Virus record (IMG/VR): IMGVR_UViG_3300005573_000064 | Coordinates: 53,565 to 117,564 of that record | DNA from: a virus | DNA length: 64,000 nt | Direction: 5' to 3' (one strand) | Part shown: piece after piece, positions 1 to 9,703 of the stretch | Layout of the letters: each line of letters begins with the position of its first letter | How positions within the stretch are numbered: the first letter of the stretch is position 1 | The notes under the pieces: generated by a model | The model's database searches: none | Told to the model about the DNA's origin: nothing | Seen by the model: the letters and a program-made list of their open reading frames with translations, nothing else | Made by a program: the position numbers and the translations under genes

Positions 1-2514
1 TCTTTCGATCTCCTGTCTGGCCTCCCACTCCGACATGGCCTTCTCGTACTCACGCTTGTACTCCGGGTCGGAAGCCAGCCTCTCCTCGTGAATCTTTCTT
101 TGCTCCTCTAACCGCTCTCGGAACGACCTGTCCTGCTCCTCCTGTAATTTTCTGAACTCCTCAAGCCTCTCGAATGTTGAAGGGGATTGTGGGGACTCGG
201 AGTTCAGCTTCGCGTAAATCTCCGCCCACCCGGTAGCACGCTTGGAGGTCCTTCTCCACATCGCCTCCACCTTACCGGGAATAGGAGTTGAGGCGCCATG
301 CTTTTTCTTCCACCATTCCGCCATCCGGTTGACATATGTTTCCTCGGGCTCGATAAGACCGGTCATGCGGCCTGTTAGAAGAGAGTGGTGGAACGCTATG
401 GTCCTTGGATTGCGCATGGACCTTTCAAAGGCCTCCATGGCCTCATCATATCCACCTTGGTGAATGATATCCATAGCGGACTCTATCTTCTTCTTCAGGA
501 GGGTCCCACTGGCGAGCGGCAAATCGCCACTGTAAGCGAGGGACATTAGGACCTCATAAGCAAACTTGTCCGCATAAACCTCGGCAGGGTTCTCCCTGTA
601 GAGGATGTTTCCGTATATGTTTCTGAGGTACGGGTTGGAGGATAACGTCTTGATCTCCTCGCTCTCTTTTCCCCACACCGTATTTATAATGTCCTCGAAC
701 GCCTTCCCGCTAAATACGTTTTTCTCCGCGTGGTACTCCTTTTTCCCTATATCCAGCAGTCTGTGTGCGTGTCCCATTTCATGAGTGAAAATAAACCTGG
801 ATATGGTTTCGTCATTAGGATCAAGTCCGGCACGTTCAATGAGACGTTTCAGGGGAAGTATGCGAGGGTCATAAATACTCGCCAGACGGTCCCCCTTTCT
901 TCCTAGCGGATATACCAACCTGTAATTCTCTATGGAGTTGGTCTTGCTGACGAATATACCAGGGATATTTTTCTTGGCCAATTCAGGATCGAATACCACA
1001 GGTATGGACACCAGTCTTGGATCTAACGCTATGGCCCTCGCGTACGCGCCTTTCAGATACTTAGGCAAGGACTGCAGCGTTCTCTGATACAACTCTTCCT
1101 GCTCCGCTGTCAGTACCGGTCTTGTGTAACCGCTCGCGGTTAGCTTGCCTTCATATATCCTTTTGGCCACGCCAAGCGCGGCTATTCGGGCCGCTGCGGC
1201 CACGGAATGGGACTTGTACGTGCCAAGCGCGTCCGCCTGAGCCCGGGAGTAAGGGCCTTTCTCCCCGACTCCCGCATGGGAGTAGGCGTAAGCCTGCGAT
1301 GCCGAGCTGGAGCCGCTCATAAGCCTTTTCTTTCTCTCGGCATCGCCTCTTCTTCCGGATAAGATATGATACAACCCGTAGCCCGCTCCGAGAATTCCCG
1401 CAGCGGCAAGGCCGTAACCTAAAAGACTTTTTACTTCGCCAAGTCCGCTGGAACTCAGGCTGCGCGCCAAACCGGAGGCCTGATTGTCGTCCTCGCTTTC
1501 GGCCTCAACCCCAAGCGTGCTTTTCACCGCCTTTTCCACTACGGTTTTCGCTTCAGCCGCTCGCGATTCTTCAGCCACCCTTTCAGTCGCTGTCGGAGCT
1601 TCGAATGCGCTTGCGCTTTTTGCCACAGGTTCACCCGCAGGCCTCGCTTCGGACCGTTCCAATCGACTTGAAAAATCACCCGATTTCTCCGTCTCTTTTC
1701 CGGGACTTACCTCCTCAGGCTTACCTACGGACTCACGCACATACGGTTCAAGTTCGGAGATGCGTTCTTGGAGATTCGCCATCATTTTGAGACGGACGTC
1801 ATCCAGAACCTGATCACCAAAATTCAGATTGCCGAGTTCCCTGTGGGATTGCTCCATCCATCCCTGAAACTCGGATACCCGTCTTCTTAGCTCCTCGTTC
1901 CCCGGCTCACCGTTATACTGTCGTACCCACTTGAGAAACTCAGATGTTCGGACGCCAAGCTCTCCCACAACTTGGGCGAAGAGAACGGACGGACGCTCCC
2001 GACCGGGGCCCAGACTGCGGGACACCTCTTCGGCTCCCTTCCGGGCGGCCTTTAACGGATCAACCTGTGAGTGGGACTTGTACGTACCCAGCTCCTCGGC
2101 CTGAGCTCTGGAGTAAGGGCCTTTTTCTCCAACCCCTGCATGAGAGTAGGCGTAGGCCTGAGACGCCAGACCGGAGCTTTCGCTAATATCAGTAAACAGA
2201 CTCCCTCTCACCGGGACGGGCACCGAATCCAACCCTCCGCTCCATACTCTATCGTCAGGAATCAGGAATGGGGAAAGAGCCAGCCTGTTTCTTTCCGGTT
2301 CGTAAAAGTGGGAGCCAAGACTTTTGGAACCAAGTCCTGAAACTAGAAAAGGCGCAGGAGCCCCGCTGTCATCGGGGGATGCCGAACGCATCGGGGAGGC
2401 CACATTAAAGGCGCCAAGATGCGCCCCCGAAAGTTGCGAACCTGTCTCAAGGTACGGCCTTGTCTCCCAATATACGCCTCGTCCTGCTATGCCTCTATCA
2501 TTAACAATTGACAT
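1..2514 (-). CDS. Large virion-associated protein, 5' part only (>838 aa, runs off the window); HEXXH zincin domain and a duplicated 32-aa motif
   Basis: Not in the ORF track. Manual translation from ATG at 2514 (MSIVNDRG..., GGAGA upstream) is open to base 1. Contains FIFTHEMGH (HEMGH at 769-783), a downstream PAEVYADKFA, and two SQAYAYSHAGVGEKGPYSRAQAxxLGTYKSHS copies. Confidence 0.8.
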   Translation of the reverse strand, partial: MSIVNDRGIAGRGVYWETRPYLETGSQLSGAHLGAFNVASPMRSASPDDSGAPAPFLVSGLGSKSLGSHFYEPERNRLALSPFLIPDDRVWSGGLDSVPVPVRGSLFTDISESSGLASQAYAYSHAGVGEKGPYSRAQAEELGTYKSHSQVDPLKAARKGAEEVSRSLGPGRERPSVLFAQVVGELGVRTSEFLKWVRQYNGEPGNEELRRRVSEFQGWMEQSHRELGNLNFGDQVLDDVRLKMMANLQERISELEPYVRESVGKPEEVSPGKETEKSGDFSSRLERSEARPAGEPVAKSASAFEAPTATERVAEESRAAEAKTVVEKAVKSTLGVEAESEDDNQASGLARSLSSSGLGEVKSLLGYGLAAAGILGAGYGLYHILSGRRGDAERKKRLMSGSSSASQAYAYSHAGVGEKGPYSRAQADALGTYKSHSVAAAARIAALGVAKRIYEGKLTASGYTRPVLTAEQEELYQRTLQSLPKYLKGAYARAIALDPRLVSIPVVFDPELAKKNIPGIFVSKTNSIENYRLVYPLGRKGDRLASIYDPRILPLKRLIERAGLDPNDETISRFIFTHEMGHAHRLLDIGKKEYHAEKNVFSGKAFEDIINTVWGKESEEIKTLSSNPYLRNIYGNILYRENPAEVYADKFAYEVLMSLAYSGDLPLASGTLLKKKIESAMDIIHQGGYDEAMEAFERSMRNPRTIAFHHSLLTGRMTGLIEPEETYVNRMAEWWKKKHGASTPIPGKVEAMWRRTSKRATGWAEIYAKLNSESPQSPSTFERLEEFRKLQEEQDRSFRERLEEQRKIHEERLASDPEYKREYEKAMSEWEARQEIER

Positions 2515-2528
2515 TTACATTCTCCATG

Positions 2529-5500
2529 CTACCCGAGTATTTTATGGACAACCTTTCCACGCTCTCTTTCCCTACCACTCCTATCCTCCGTCAAAGTCTG
2601 GCTTCTGTTGGTGGGGCTTGTAGTATGCATGTCAATGGCCGTATGAATGGCGTTAATGACATGCATGGGATTAAGAGTGCCGCCAATTTTTCCTCTAACT
2701 CTTATTCTCACTCTTTGGTGTTGAATATCCGCACGATGCTCCGTTTCCACCTTCCTCTCCTTGTCCTCCTTTTCCTTGGCCTCTTCATACTCACCTTCAT
2801 CCTTGGTGTTAACCGCATTAAGAGTCGCCATTATGACAAGGGCCGCCTTGGCCACTCCGGCCGCCACTTGGAATCGTTTGTTATGAAGGACGGCCCGTAT
2901 GCCCGATGATAACGCATCACTGGAGAGCTCCGTCCGGCCGGCCAATACGCCAACCAGGTCTCTGGCCTTGCCTGACACCCTGGCCCATGTATTGGCTCCC
3001 AAAAGCGCGGCTCTGGCCACAGAAGGCCCTTTTGATTCGGCATTTTTAATCTCCTGGTTAAGTGCAGCCACCACTGTCTTGGCCGGGGACATCCCAGCCC
3101 CCGGTCCCACCACGCCTACCGGAGATGGCACCGCAGGGTTGGCGTTGGTTCCGAAGTATATCTCTGCGGCCCTTTGAAGGTAGCCTGACAGCCTAAGATT
3201 GGCTCTGGCCTTTTGCAAAATCTCCTCGGCAGTTCCCGAGCGTAGGAAATCCTCGAAGCTTTGATGCCCCGAGGAGGACGGGACTATGGCCTTGCCTATA
3301 TCCACTAGCTCATCCTTGACTCTCACCGGGCGGATGACGCCACGGGATACGCCTTTGATGGCTTCGTCAAGATGCCTCCACTTTAGGAGCCTTTCTATTT
3401 CATCCTTCTGGTACATGTTCAGAAAAGAGGTGGAGGTCCCAAGCAAAGAGTCGCTGTATTCGCGCTCCGCGTTCCTTAGCAGCATGGAGGCCAGGACACC
3501 ATAACCCTCCTTTTCGTTTGAGGCCAGGTAACTCTGAGGGGTCTTGCCCAGAACCGAAGGGGCCCACTTGTTGTTCTTGAACATCTTCGGAATAAAAATA
3601 CTGCTGAATTTGAGCTGCTCCACCTTGCGTGCAGGGTTGGCCTCCCAGAGTCTGGCCTCCTCGCTCCTTATGAAGCCCTCCCTGACGTTCCTTGAGGAGA
3701 ACAGCCTCCACAGGCCCTGCTCATACTTGCGTATTTTTTCAATATTGGCTGCAGTGTCGGTGTATCCTTTCTCCTCCAAGGTTTTCCATAGTGGAACGCC
3801 TATGAACTCCTGGTTGAGAGATGGGTTGGTTCTGAGCTGCTCCTCCGCGTGTGTCTTGACGTATTCCCGTATTCTTCCGGCCATTTCCGAAACATCGCTT
3901 CCCAGATCCGATTTCGCGGGCATTTGTGCCGCTTCGGCCAGAAGGGCGGAGATAGTCTTGTTCTCAAAGGTGAATCCGGTGGAAATAAGATGAGAGGCGA
4001 TTCTCCCTCTCTTGGAGGTCTTATTCCCCGCGAATCTTCCGCTTTCAAGAAACTCCAGGGCCTCCCTTCTTGACAACCCCATGGAGGTTAGGAATGTGGC
4101 CCCCTTGTTTCTGTCCCCGCTAAACTTTCGTCTGAACGTTTGAAGCGCGAACTCCTCTATGTCATACCGGGTTTGGCCTACGTCTCCCACCCTTATTCTG
4201 TAGGAGTTGGTTATCCTCGGGGTTATTGTCCACTCGTGAAACGGCTTGACCACCTTCTCGGGAGTCGCGGGAAACCCTCTTCTGGCAAGAGCCTCTCCGC
4301 CTATACCATAGAGTTCACGATTTCTCCTATGTATGAGAAGTTCGGCCTCGTACCGGTCTATGTTGCCGGAGCGTATCTCCTCGCTGATTTTATCAAAGAA
4401 CGGTTTGTCATAAACCGAATATTGCTTGTCATACCAATACTTGCCCTCGACATATTGCTTCGCCATTCGGGGATCGTTTATAAGATAGTTTCTTATCCAC
4501 CTTATCCTTTCCGTCCCCTCCGCCACATTCTCCCCGTTTTCCACCATTCGCTCAAGATCCGCGACTTTGTCCAGTAACTCCTTGCGAGGCATGTTGGCGT
4601 ACTCCATTCGCCAATCAATAACTTCATGAACAAACGGAGAGTTGCCGCCCCTTTCCCCGGTGTATAGTCTGTGTAACTGTCTTTGGAATAGGTCCAGGGC
4701 TATCCTGTCGCTTTCAGCATTGGCTTGCTCCGGGGACAGGCCCGAAGGCTTAAGATTTTGAAGAATCACGGAAAGGTCAAGCGCGTCATTGGCTCTTATG
4801 ACTCTTGGGGCTTCACCCGACACATCGTTGACATGCAGGTAATACTCATGCCCCCCGGTGAGTTCATTCTCTGCGGAAAAGACACCCTCAACCTTGACCA
4901 TCCTATTGGATATGGGCAGATTGATGGGGTTGCCGAACGCATCCTTGCTTCGAGTGGGGCGCCCGTACATAATCGGATTGGTGATGTCATCGGACGAGAG
5001 CCTTTGCCACTCGTTCGGGTTAATACCCAAGTAATCCCCGGCTCCGGCCTCGAACACCTTGGCCGTGACAGCCGCATCATAAGCCGCTCCGTGCAGTTGA
5101 GCCTCCTCAATTTGTAACCCTCTGCCCAGGGCGGCATGCTCCAGGGATTGAAACCCTCCCTTGGGGTTCGCACCCTGCTCAAGAAACAGAACGTTTATGG
5201 CCCTATTTTCATTGGCCTCCTTGAATATGGCGGATGCTTTCTCCATTTCATCCGCCATAACCGTCTGTCCCTCCCCCTTTAGCCGTTTGGCGTGAGAGGC
5301 GGCCATGGCGGATAGTTTTCCAAGGTCAACGTCCTCATTGTATATCAGAACATGCAAATCCTTGTGCTTATCCAAGAGTTGAGACGCTTCGGACAGCATG
5401 CTGACCTCAGCCTCATCGGGGTTACCCATAGTAAGATCCGTAGGGGAGGATGGAAGGTTTCTCATGGTCTTCCATTTTAACCACGACCTGTCAAGAATGT

Positions 5501-8285
5501 TCGAGGCTGCGCCTCTCTCGGACTTGACAATCCCCACCGACCCAAGCCTTTCATAGGCGGGACCGTATGTCTCAATGTCAATCGCCAGGTATTTTCCCGA
5601 CTCGTAAGCCTTGCGGGCTCTTTGAATCTGTTCCTCCGGGCCGCCCTTCATTGACAGGCCAATCATGACATCGTCCTTGGTTTTCCATATCGGAAGTTCG
5701 GACATTCTTGTCGCCCCCTCGGGAACAATGGGAACGTTAAAATCCACCTGCTTCAGAAGGGATTGAGCGCCTAGCGTTGCCGTTCCGCCTTCCTCCAAGG
5801 CGTAGGATATTCCTGAATTCACGTCCACTATTCGATGAGGGCCTTGAGGGCGCTCCTCGATCATCGCGCCATGTATGCTCTCCGTAGGAGTCTTCGAGCC
5901 ACTATTAAAGGGGCTTTTGGCGGAGCCGCCTACGGTATTCCAATTCATCTCTATTTCAGCATTCTTGTCAGGCAATATGTAGGACGTGTTGGCGGTCCGT
6001 ATAAGCGTTCCAGTCTCTCCGTTAACCTCACCGGTTTCCAGATAGTCTTTCAATCTTTCCGCCAGATTAGGTACGCTGGCGTTATCGGTCTCAAAATATA
6101 GACGACCGTTCTCGTCCTGTTTAATATTTACCCCATTCCAGGTTGACGGATGGGTTTTGAAAAGCTCCGTTAACTGTGTAGTCCACTTCTCATTAATTTT
6201 TCCAAGCTTTTCCTTCTCCTCAGCCTCCTCCTCCTTTTGCAACATGGCTTGCTCGGGGCTCGGAGTGTATCCCATGGCCTGGGCCTCGGCTTCCAAAGTT
6301 TCTTGAGGATTCCCCTCCTCGTCCTCTCTCGATGCATTAAGACTTGTGACCTCTTCATCAGGCTGCCCTGTGATGGCGCCTCTTAGTCCATGCGTCCCGC
6401 CATGTCTGGCACGTGCAGTCTCCACTATCGCGCTTATAAATTCATTTCCGATCGCCCCTATGTTATCCATCTTAAACTTGGAACTTCTTAGTGTCCACAT
6501 AGTCTCCAAGTAAATGTTCGAGGCGATATCCTCGTTCAGGTCTCGATCCTCCCGCGGTGAGTAGGCGATCCTTTTAAGAAACGCTCTTCCGATCTCACTT
6601 TTGGAAAGCGCCCTGAACGAAGGCATCTCGCCTGATTCGCTCGTTAGTTTCAGATCAACCATGATCTGCTCCACCGATCTTTCCTTGCCACCCACCTTGA
6701 GTTCATTCCTGGTAAACGTCTCCACCTCCTCGCCAATAGCGCTTCTAGCGGCATTTCTTGCAACGGAGGGGATGAAATCTTCCGGTGGCTGCTCCGGGGA
6801 GCCGGCCCTCGCCACAATCTCCCGCACTAAGCTCTCTGGATCAAACCTAAGATATACTCTCGCTTTTTCCAGGCCATTCTCAGTTTCAGTAGTAAGGTTT
6901 TTCACCACGGGAGTCACCCTTTCAAACTTTTGGGTGAGAGGATTGAACCCCTCCAGCATGACGGCAAGCTTATCAGTTCGTCTTATCCCCATTCCCAGAG
7001 AGCTCGAGGAGGCCTCGTTCATTCGTTCTATGATATGAGAGGTCGTATCAGGGCTCCATGCAGTCTCCTCGGGCCTTCCGTACAGATCATGAATCAGGCT
7101 TCGGGTCCTCCACTGCGCGTCCCTGTCAACGGAGTTAAACATAATTCGTGATAATTCCGAAAGGTCCAGAGGATGATCGGACTTGGACATGATCTCCCTA
7201 AGCCTGTTCAAATCCGATCTTCTGCTGGATTCGTAGTACGAATACTCCGCATCCAGGTTCCCCCATCTTCTAAACTCATCCTCCCGGTTGGACGCCTCCT
7301 CCTGATAACCGCCTGCTGTGTGCGGGTTATACTCGTCCTGCAGGGCGTTGACGTCCTCAATCCCGAATCCTATGTTTTGAAGTATCGAACTGAGTCGAGC
7401 GCTCTTCTTATCCTCCTCCCTCTGCACATCTCTTATATTCCGCTGGGCCTCCTTGATTACGTCCGCGAGAGTTTTCTCCACCTCTACGGCATGTGCCGAC
7501 AGATGCCCTATCCCCTTTCCGGTTACATTGGTGTTTAAAGTCTTGAATATCCTGTCAACGCTATTGGCGGGCGTAATCTCCCCCGCCAACCCTCTTTTCA
7601 GAGTTTCTCGGAAGGATGGGGAGAACAGGTCGGAATAGTGGGCCGCACTTAGTCTGGAAACGATCGACTTGGCTCTCATAACCCAGTTCGTGATCTGGCT
7701 TCCGGCCCTGCCGAGAGTGTCATGAAGACCCACCACCGGCTCGCCTAGCTCCCCCATGATTCCGGTTTTGGCGTCCAGGGATATACGAACCGTGTGATCA
7801 CGCTCTATTGCGTCCAGAACGTGGGTCGGTAGATTCTCCACCAGAACGTGGGAGAGAAAATCCAAATCCGATTCGGTGACGCTGCCGTCCTTTGGAATCA
7901 GCTTGCTCTCCTCGAGAGAGTCCTTGATGATTTTTCTGGCGGTCTCGTAAGCCCCCGGGGCCTTCTGCCGAACGCCTAGCTTATCGGGCGGAGGAGTGTT
8001 GCCGGTTCTTATCTCCTCCTTGACGGAGGCGCGAGGCTCGGAAGGCGGGGGCTCCTTATGCGTAAATCCCTCGAAAGGTTTGCCGTTCCTGTACAGGATG
8101 GTCACATTCTCAGGTTTCCAATCCTCGTAGGTTCCCAAGGTCTTGACATAAACCTGCAAGGTGGCCCCGCCAGTGGCGTTCTTCTTGATGGCGCTAATTA
8201 CACCTACTCTGTGGGTTACGCGATCTCTAACCTTGTCACCTATCTTGTAATCATCCGGATTGAGGGAGTAAAATACGACTTTCAT
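2529..8285 (-). CDS. Giant (~1918 aa) tail-region protein with a DEDDh 3'-5' exonuclease-like domain and a sigma-like segment
   Basis: Start revised to MKVVFY (GGAGG RBS). ExoI LAIDIET, ExoII IYNEDVDL, ExoIII HGAAYD at ~5040-5600. Sigma2/3.2-like stretch at ~6200-6600. Confidence 0.7.
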   Translation of the reverse strand: MKVVFYSLNPDDYKIGDKVRDRVTHRVGVISAIKKNATGGATLQVYVKTLGTYEDWKPENVTILYRNGKPFEGFTHKEPPPSEPRASVKEEIRTGNTPPPDKLGVRQKAPGAYETARKIIKDSLEESKLIPKDGSVTESDLDFLSHVLVENLPTHVLDAIERDHTVRISLDAKTGIMGELGEPVVGLHDTLGRAGSQITNWVMRAKSIVSRLSAAHYSDLFSPSFRETLKRGLAGEITPANSVDRIFKTLNTNVTGKGIGHLSAHAVEVEKTLADVIKEAQRNIRDVQREEDKKSARLSSILQNIGFGIEDVNALQDEYNPHTAGGYQEEASNREDEFRRWGNLDAEYSYYESSRRSDLNRLREIMSKSDHPLDLSELSRIMFNSVDRDAQWRTRSLIHDLYGRPEETAWSPDTTSHIIERMNEASSSSLGMGIRRTDKLAVMLEGFNPLTQKFERVTPVVKNLTTETENGLEKARVYLRFDPESLVREIVARAGSPEQPPEDFIPSVARNAARSAIGEEVETFTRNELKVGGKERSVEQIMVDLKLTSESGEMPSFRALSKSEIGRAFLKRIAYSPREDRDLNEDIASNIYLETMWTLRSSKFKMDNIGAIGNEFISAIVETARARHGGTHGLRGAITGQPDEEVTSLNASREDEEGNPQETLEAEAQAMGYTPSPEQAMLQKEEEAEEKEKLGKINEKWTTQLTELFKTHPSTWNGVNIKQDENGRLYFETDNASVPNLAERLKDYLETGEVNGETGTLIRTANTSYILPDKNAEIEMNWNTVGGSAKSPFNSGSKTPTESIHGAMIEERPQGPHRIVDVNSGISYALEEGGTATLGAQSLLKQVDFNVPIVPEGATRMSELPIWKTKDDVMIGLSMKGGPEEQIQRARKAYESGKYLAIDIETYGPAYERLGSVGIVKSERGAASNILDRSWLKWKTMRNLPSSPTDLTMGNPDEAEVSMLSEASQLLDKHKDLHVLIYNEDVDLGKLSAMAASHAKRLKGEGQTVMADEMEKASAIFKEANENRAINVLFLEQGANPKGGFQSLEHAALGRGLQIEEAQLHGAAYDAAVTAKVFEAGAGDYLGINPNEWQRLSSDDITNPIMYGRPTRSKDAFGNPINLPISNRMVKVEGVFSAENELTGGHEYYLHVNDVSGEAPRVIRANDALDLSVILQNLKPSGLSPEQANAESDRIALDLFQRQLHRLYTGERGGNSPFVHEVIDWRMEYANMPRKELLDKVADLERMVENGENVAEGTERIRWIRNYLINDPRMAKQYVEGKYWYDKQYSVYDKPFFDKISEEIRSGNIDRYEAELLIHRRNRELYGIGGEALARRGFPATPEKVVKPFHEWTITPRITNSYRIRVGDVGQTRYDIEEFALQTFRRKFSGDRNKGATFLTSMGLSRREALEFLESGRFAGNKTSKRGRIASHLISTGFTFENKTISALLAEAAQMPAKSDLGSDVSEMAGRIREYVKTHAEEQLRTNPSLNQEFIGVPLWKTLEEKGYTDTAANIEKIRKYEQGLWRLFSSRNVREGFIRSEEARLWEANPARKVEQLKFSSIFIPKMFKNNKWAPSVLGKTPQSYLASNEKEGYGVLASMLLRNAEREYSDSLLGTSTSFLNMYQKDEIERLLKWRHLDEAIKGVSRGVIRPVRVKDELVDIGKAIVPSSSGHQSFEDFLRSGTAEEILQKARANLRLSGYLQRAAEIYFGTNANPAVPSPVGVVGPGAGMSPAKTVVAALNQEIKNAESKGPSVARAALLGANTWARVSGKARDLVGVLAGRTELSSDALSSGIRAVLHNKRFQVAAGVAKAALVIMATLNAVNTKDEGEYEEAKEKEDKERKVETEHRADIQHQRVRIRVRGKIGGTLNPMHVINAIHTAIDMHTTSPTNRSQTLTEDRSGRERERGKVVHKILG

Positions 8286-8312
8286 GAGGGCCTCCGAGGA
8301 CTTGTTTCTTAT

Positions 8313-8364
8313 ATTATAGCCCCCGACAAAAAAAGATCCTGAGTTTATTATGCGTAAACTCAGG
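8313..8364 (-). terminator. Intrinsic terminator followed by a GCTATAAT -10-like box
   Basis: Minus strand reads CCTGAGTTTA-cgcataa-TAAACTCAGG, then a T-run, then GGGGGCTATAAT upstream of the 8285 start. Confidence 0.65.
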
Positions 8365-8463
8365 ACCAAATACGGGATTTAGTACTAAATCCCTAGAGGA
8401 TATAATGAGAGGGTTGGAAAGGACAATGATTGCCGCTTGCGACCAGGGATATGCTCCCTTGGC

Positions 8464-8691
8464 CTAGGACGGACCGTAAATATCGGTTAAATCCATGTTG
8501 TTTCTTCTAAGAAGACTTCTACGACTGAGCGTGTTGAGATGCCCGGGTATTTGGCGGCCTTCGTTTTTAATCAGCGCCTGCATCTCATTCTTTTTTCGGA
8601 GAATCGCTTGCTCGGCTTCGGATAGCCTGGGCTTGCCGTTTGATGACTTCTCCTTGGTCAGAACTTTTCTCTTGTTTTTTCTCACGCTCAA
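8464..8691 (-). CDS. Small basic hypothetical protein (75 aa)
   Basis: ORF overlaps the upstream stop, has a GGAGGT RBS and is K/R-rich. Confidence 0.6.
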   Translation of the reverse strand: MSVRKNKRKVLTKEKSSNGKPRLSEAEQAILRKKNEMQALIKNEGRQIPGHLNTLSRRSLLRRNNMDLTDIYGPS

Positions 8692-9632
8692 TTTACAGCC
8701 ACCTCCTCGGATAAATATGACTTAAGATGAAATCTTATCATTTGATTATAATTATCGACCCACTCCATGAAGTTATATTTGACATGGTCAAAGGACAAGG
8801 CCTTGGTCGACCTTATGGCGTCCCATTCATCCGACTGCCCAAAGAAGACGGTATAGGGAAGGTTAAAAGCCCAGCCCAGCCAGGAAATCCAATTATCGGA
8901 GACCGTCAGCAAGCAGGAGGGGTTGCCGATTATGGCTAGCGTTTCACCCAGTGACAGCGACTCCGAGGTGTTTATAACCTTTCCCGACTTGTCAATGTAT
9001 ATGTTGATGACACCAGGGAGAGGGCGCTTGAGGGACATTTCCATATACGTGTCTCTTAGGGATTCATCTTCCAGCGCGATTATCGCGTAATTGTCGTCTC
9101 GCACGGGCGCGCCATCAAGCTCCCAGGCGATGATGGATTTTCTCAGTTTGCTTTTCACGCTCTTTAAATATCCGCGCGGAAAGGACGCATAAGGGGAGAG
9201 AGTCAACCTATCGGACTTCTTGGATATGGAGTACGAAGGTCTTACCGTTTTCAGAGCCTCCTCCATGGCCATCGACATTGATGACACCATGCCATAGGCC
9301 TGATCCGGAAGATCCTCCGGAGGAGCCTGCCCGGTCAGTCGTCTCATCTCCTCCATCCTGGCTCGGAGATCGGACTTGCCGAACAGAACGCCATCCTCTA
9401 TTGTAAGGTCCAGGTTAACCGCAACATCGTATGGATCAGGTGAAACCTTGCAATTAAAAACCCGGGAGGGAAGCCCGCTTAATACGGCCAACTCGCAAGC
9501 GCGTTCGTTCTCCAGGGATAGGTGAATGTCAAGAGCCTCGGGAAAATAGTCCATGCTTTCCCTCAGCGCCCTAAGGATGGCCAGGGTCTGCCTCTCGTCC
9601 CCCGTGGCCTCGATAAGAACCTTTTTCGCCAT
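8688..9632 (-). CDS. Divergent GT-B glycosyltransferase resembling family 9 (heptosyltransferase-like)
   Basis: N-terminal KKVLIEATGD..TLAILRALRE..FPEALDIHL and C-terminal LSLGETLAIIGN..LLTVSDNWISWLGWAFNLPYTVFFG follow the GT9 pattern. Confidence 0.5.
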   Translation of the reverse strand: MAKKVLIEATGDERQTLAILRALRESMDYFPEALDIHLSLENERACELAVLSGLPSRVFNCKVSPDPYDVAVNLDLTIEDGVLFGKSDLRARMEEMRRLTGQAPPEDLPDQAYGMVSSMSMAMEEALKTVRPSYSISKKSDRLTLSPYASFPRGYLKSVKSKLRKSIIAWELDGAPVRDDNYAIIALEDESLRDTYMEMSLKRPLPGVINIYIDKSGKVINTSESLSLGETLAIIGNPSCLLTVSDNWISWLGWAFNLPYTVFFGQSDEWDAIRSTKALSFDHVKYNFMEWVDNYNQMIRFHLKSYLSEEVAVN

Positions 9633-9703
9633 TATCAGTTCCTTTCCCGGACCTCAAAGTCCTTTCAATCGCTCCATTTATATTATAGCAGATTTTTATG
9701 CCG

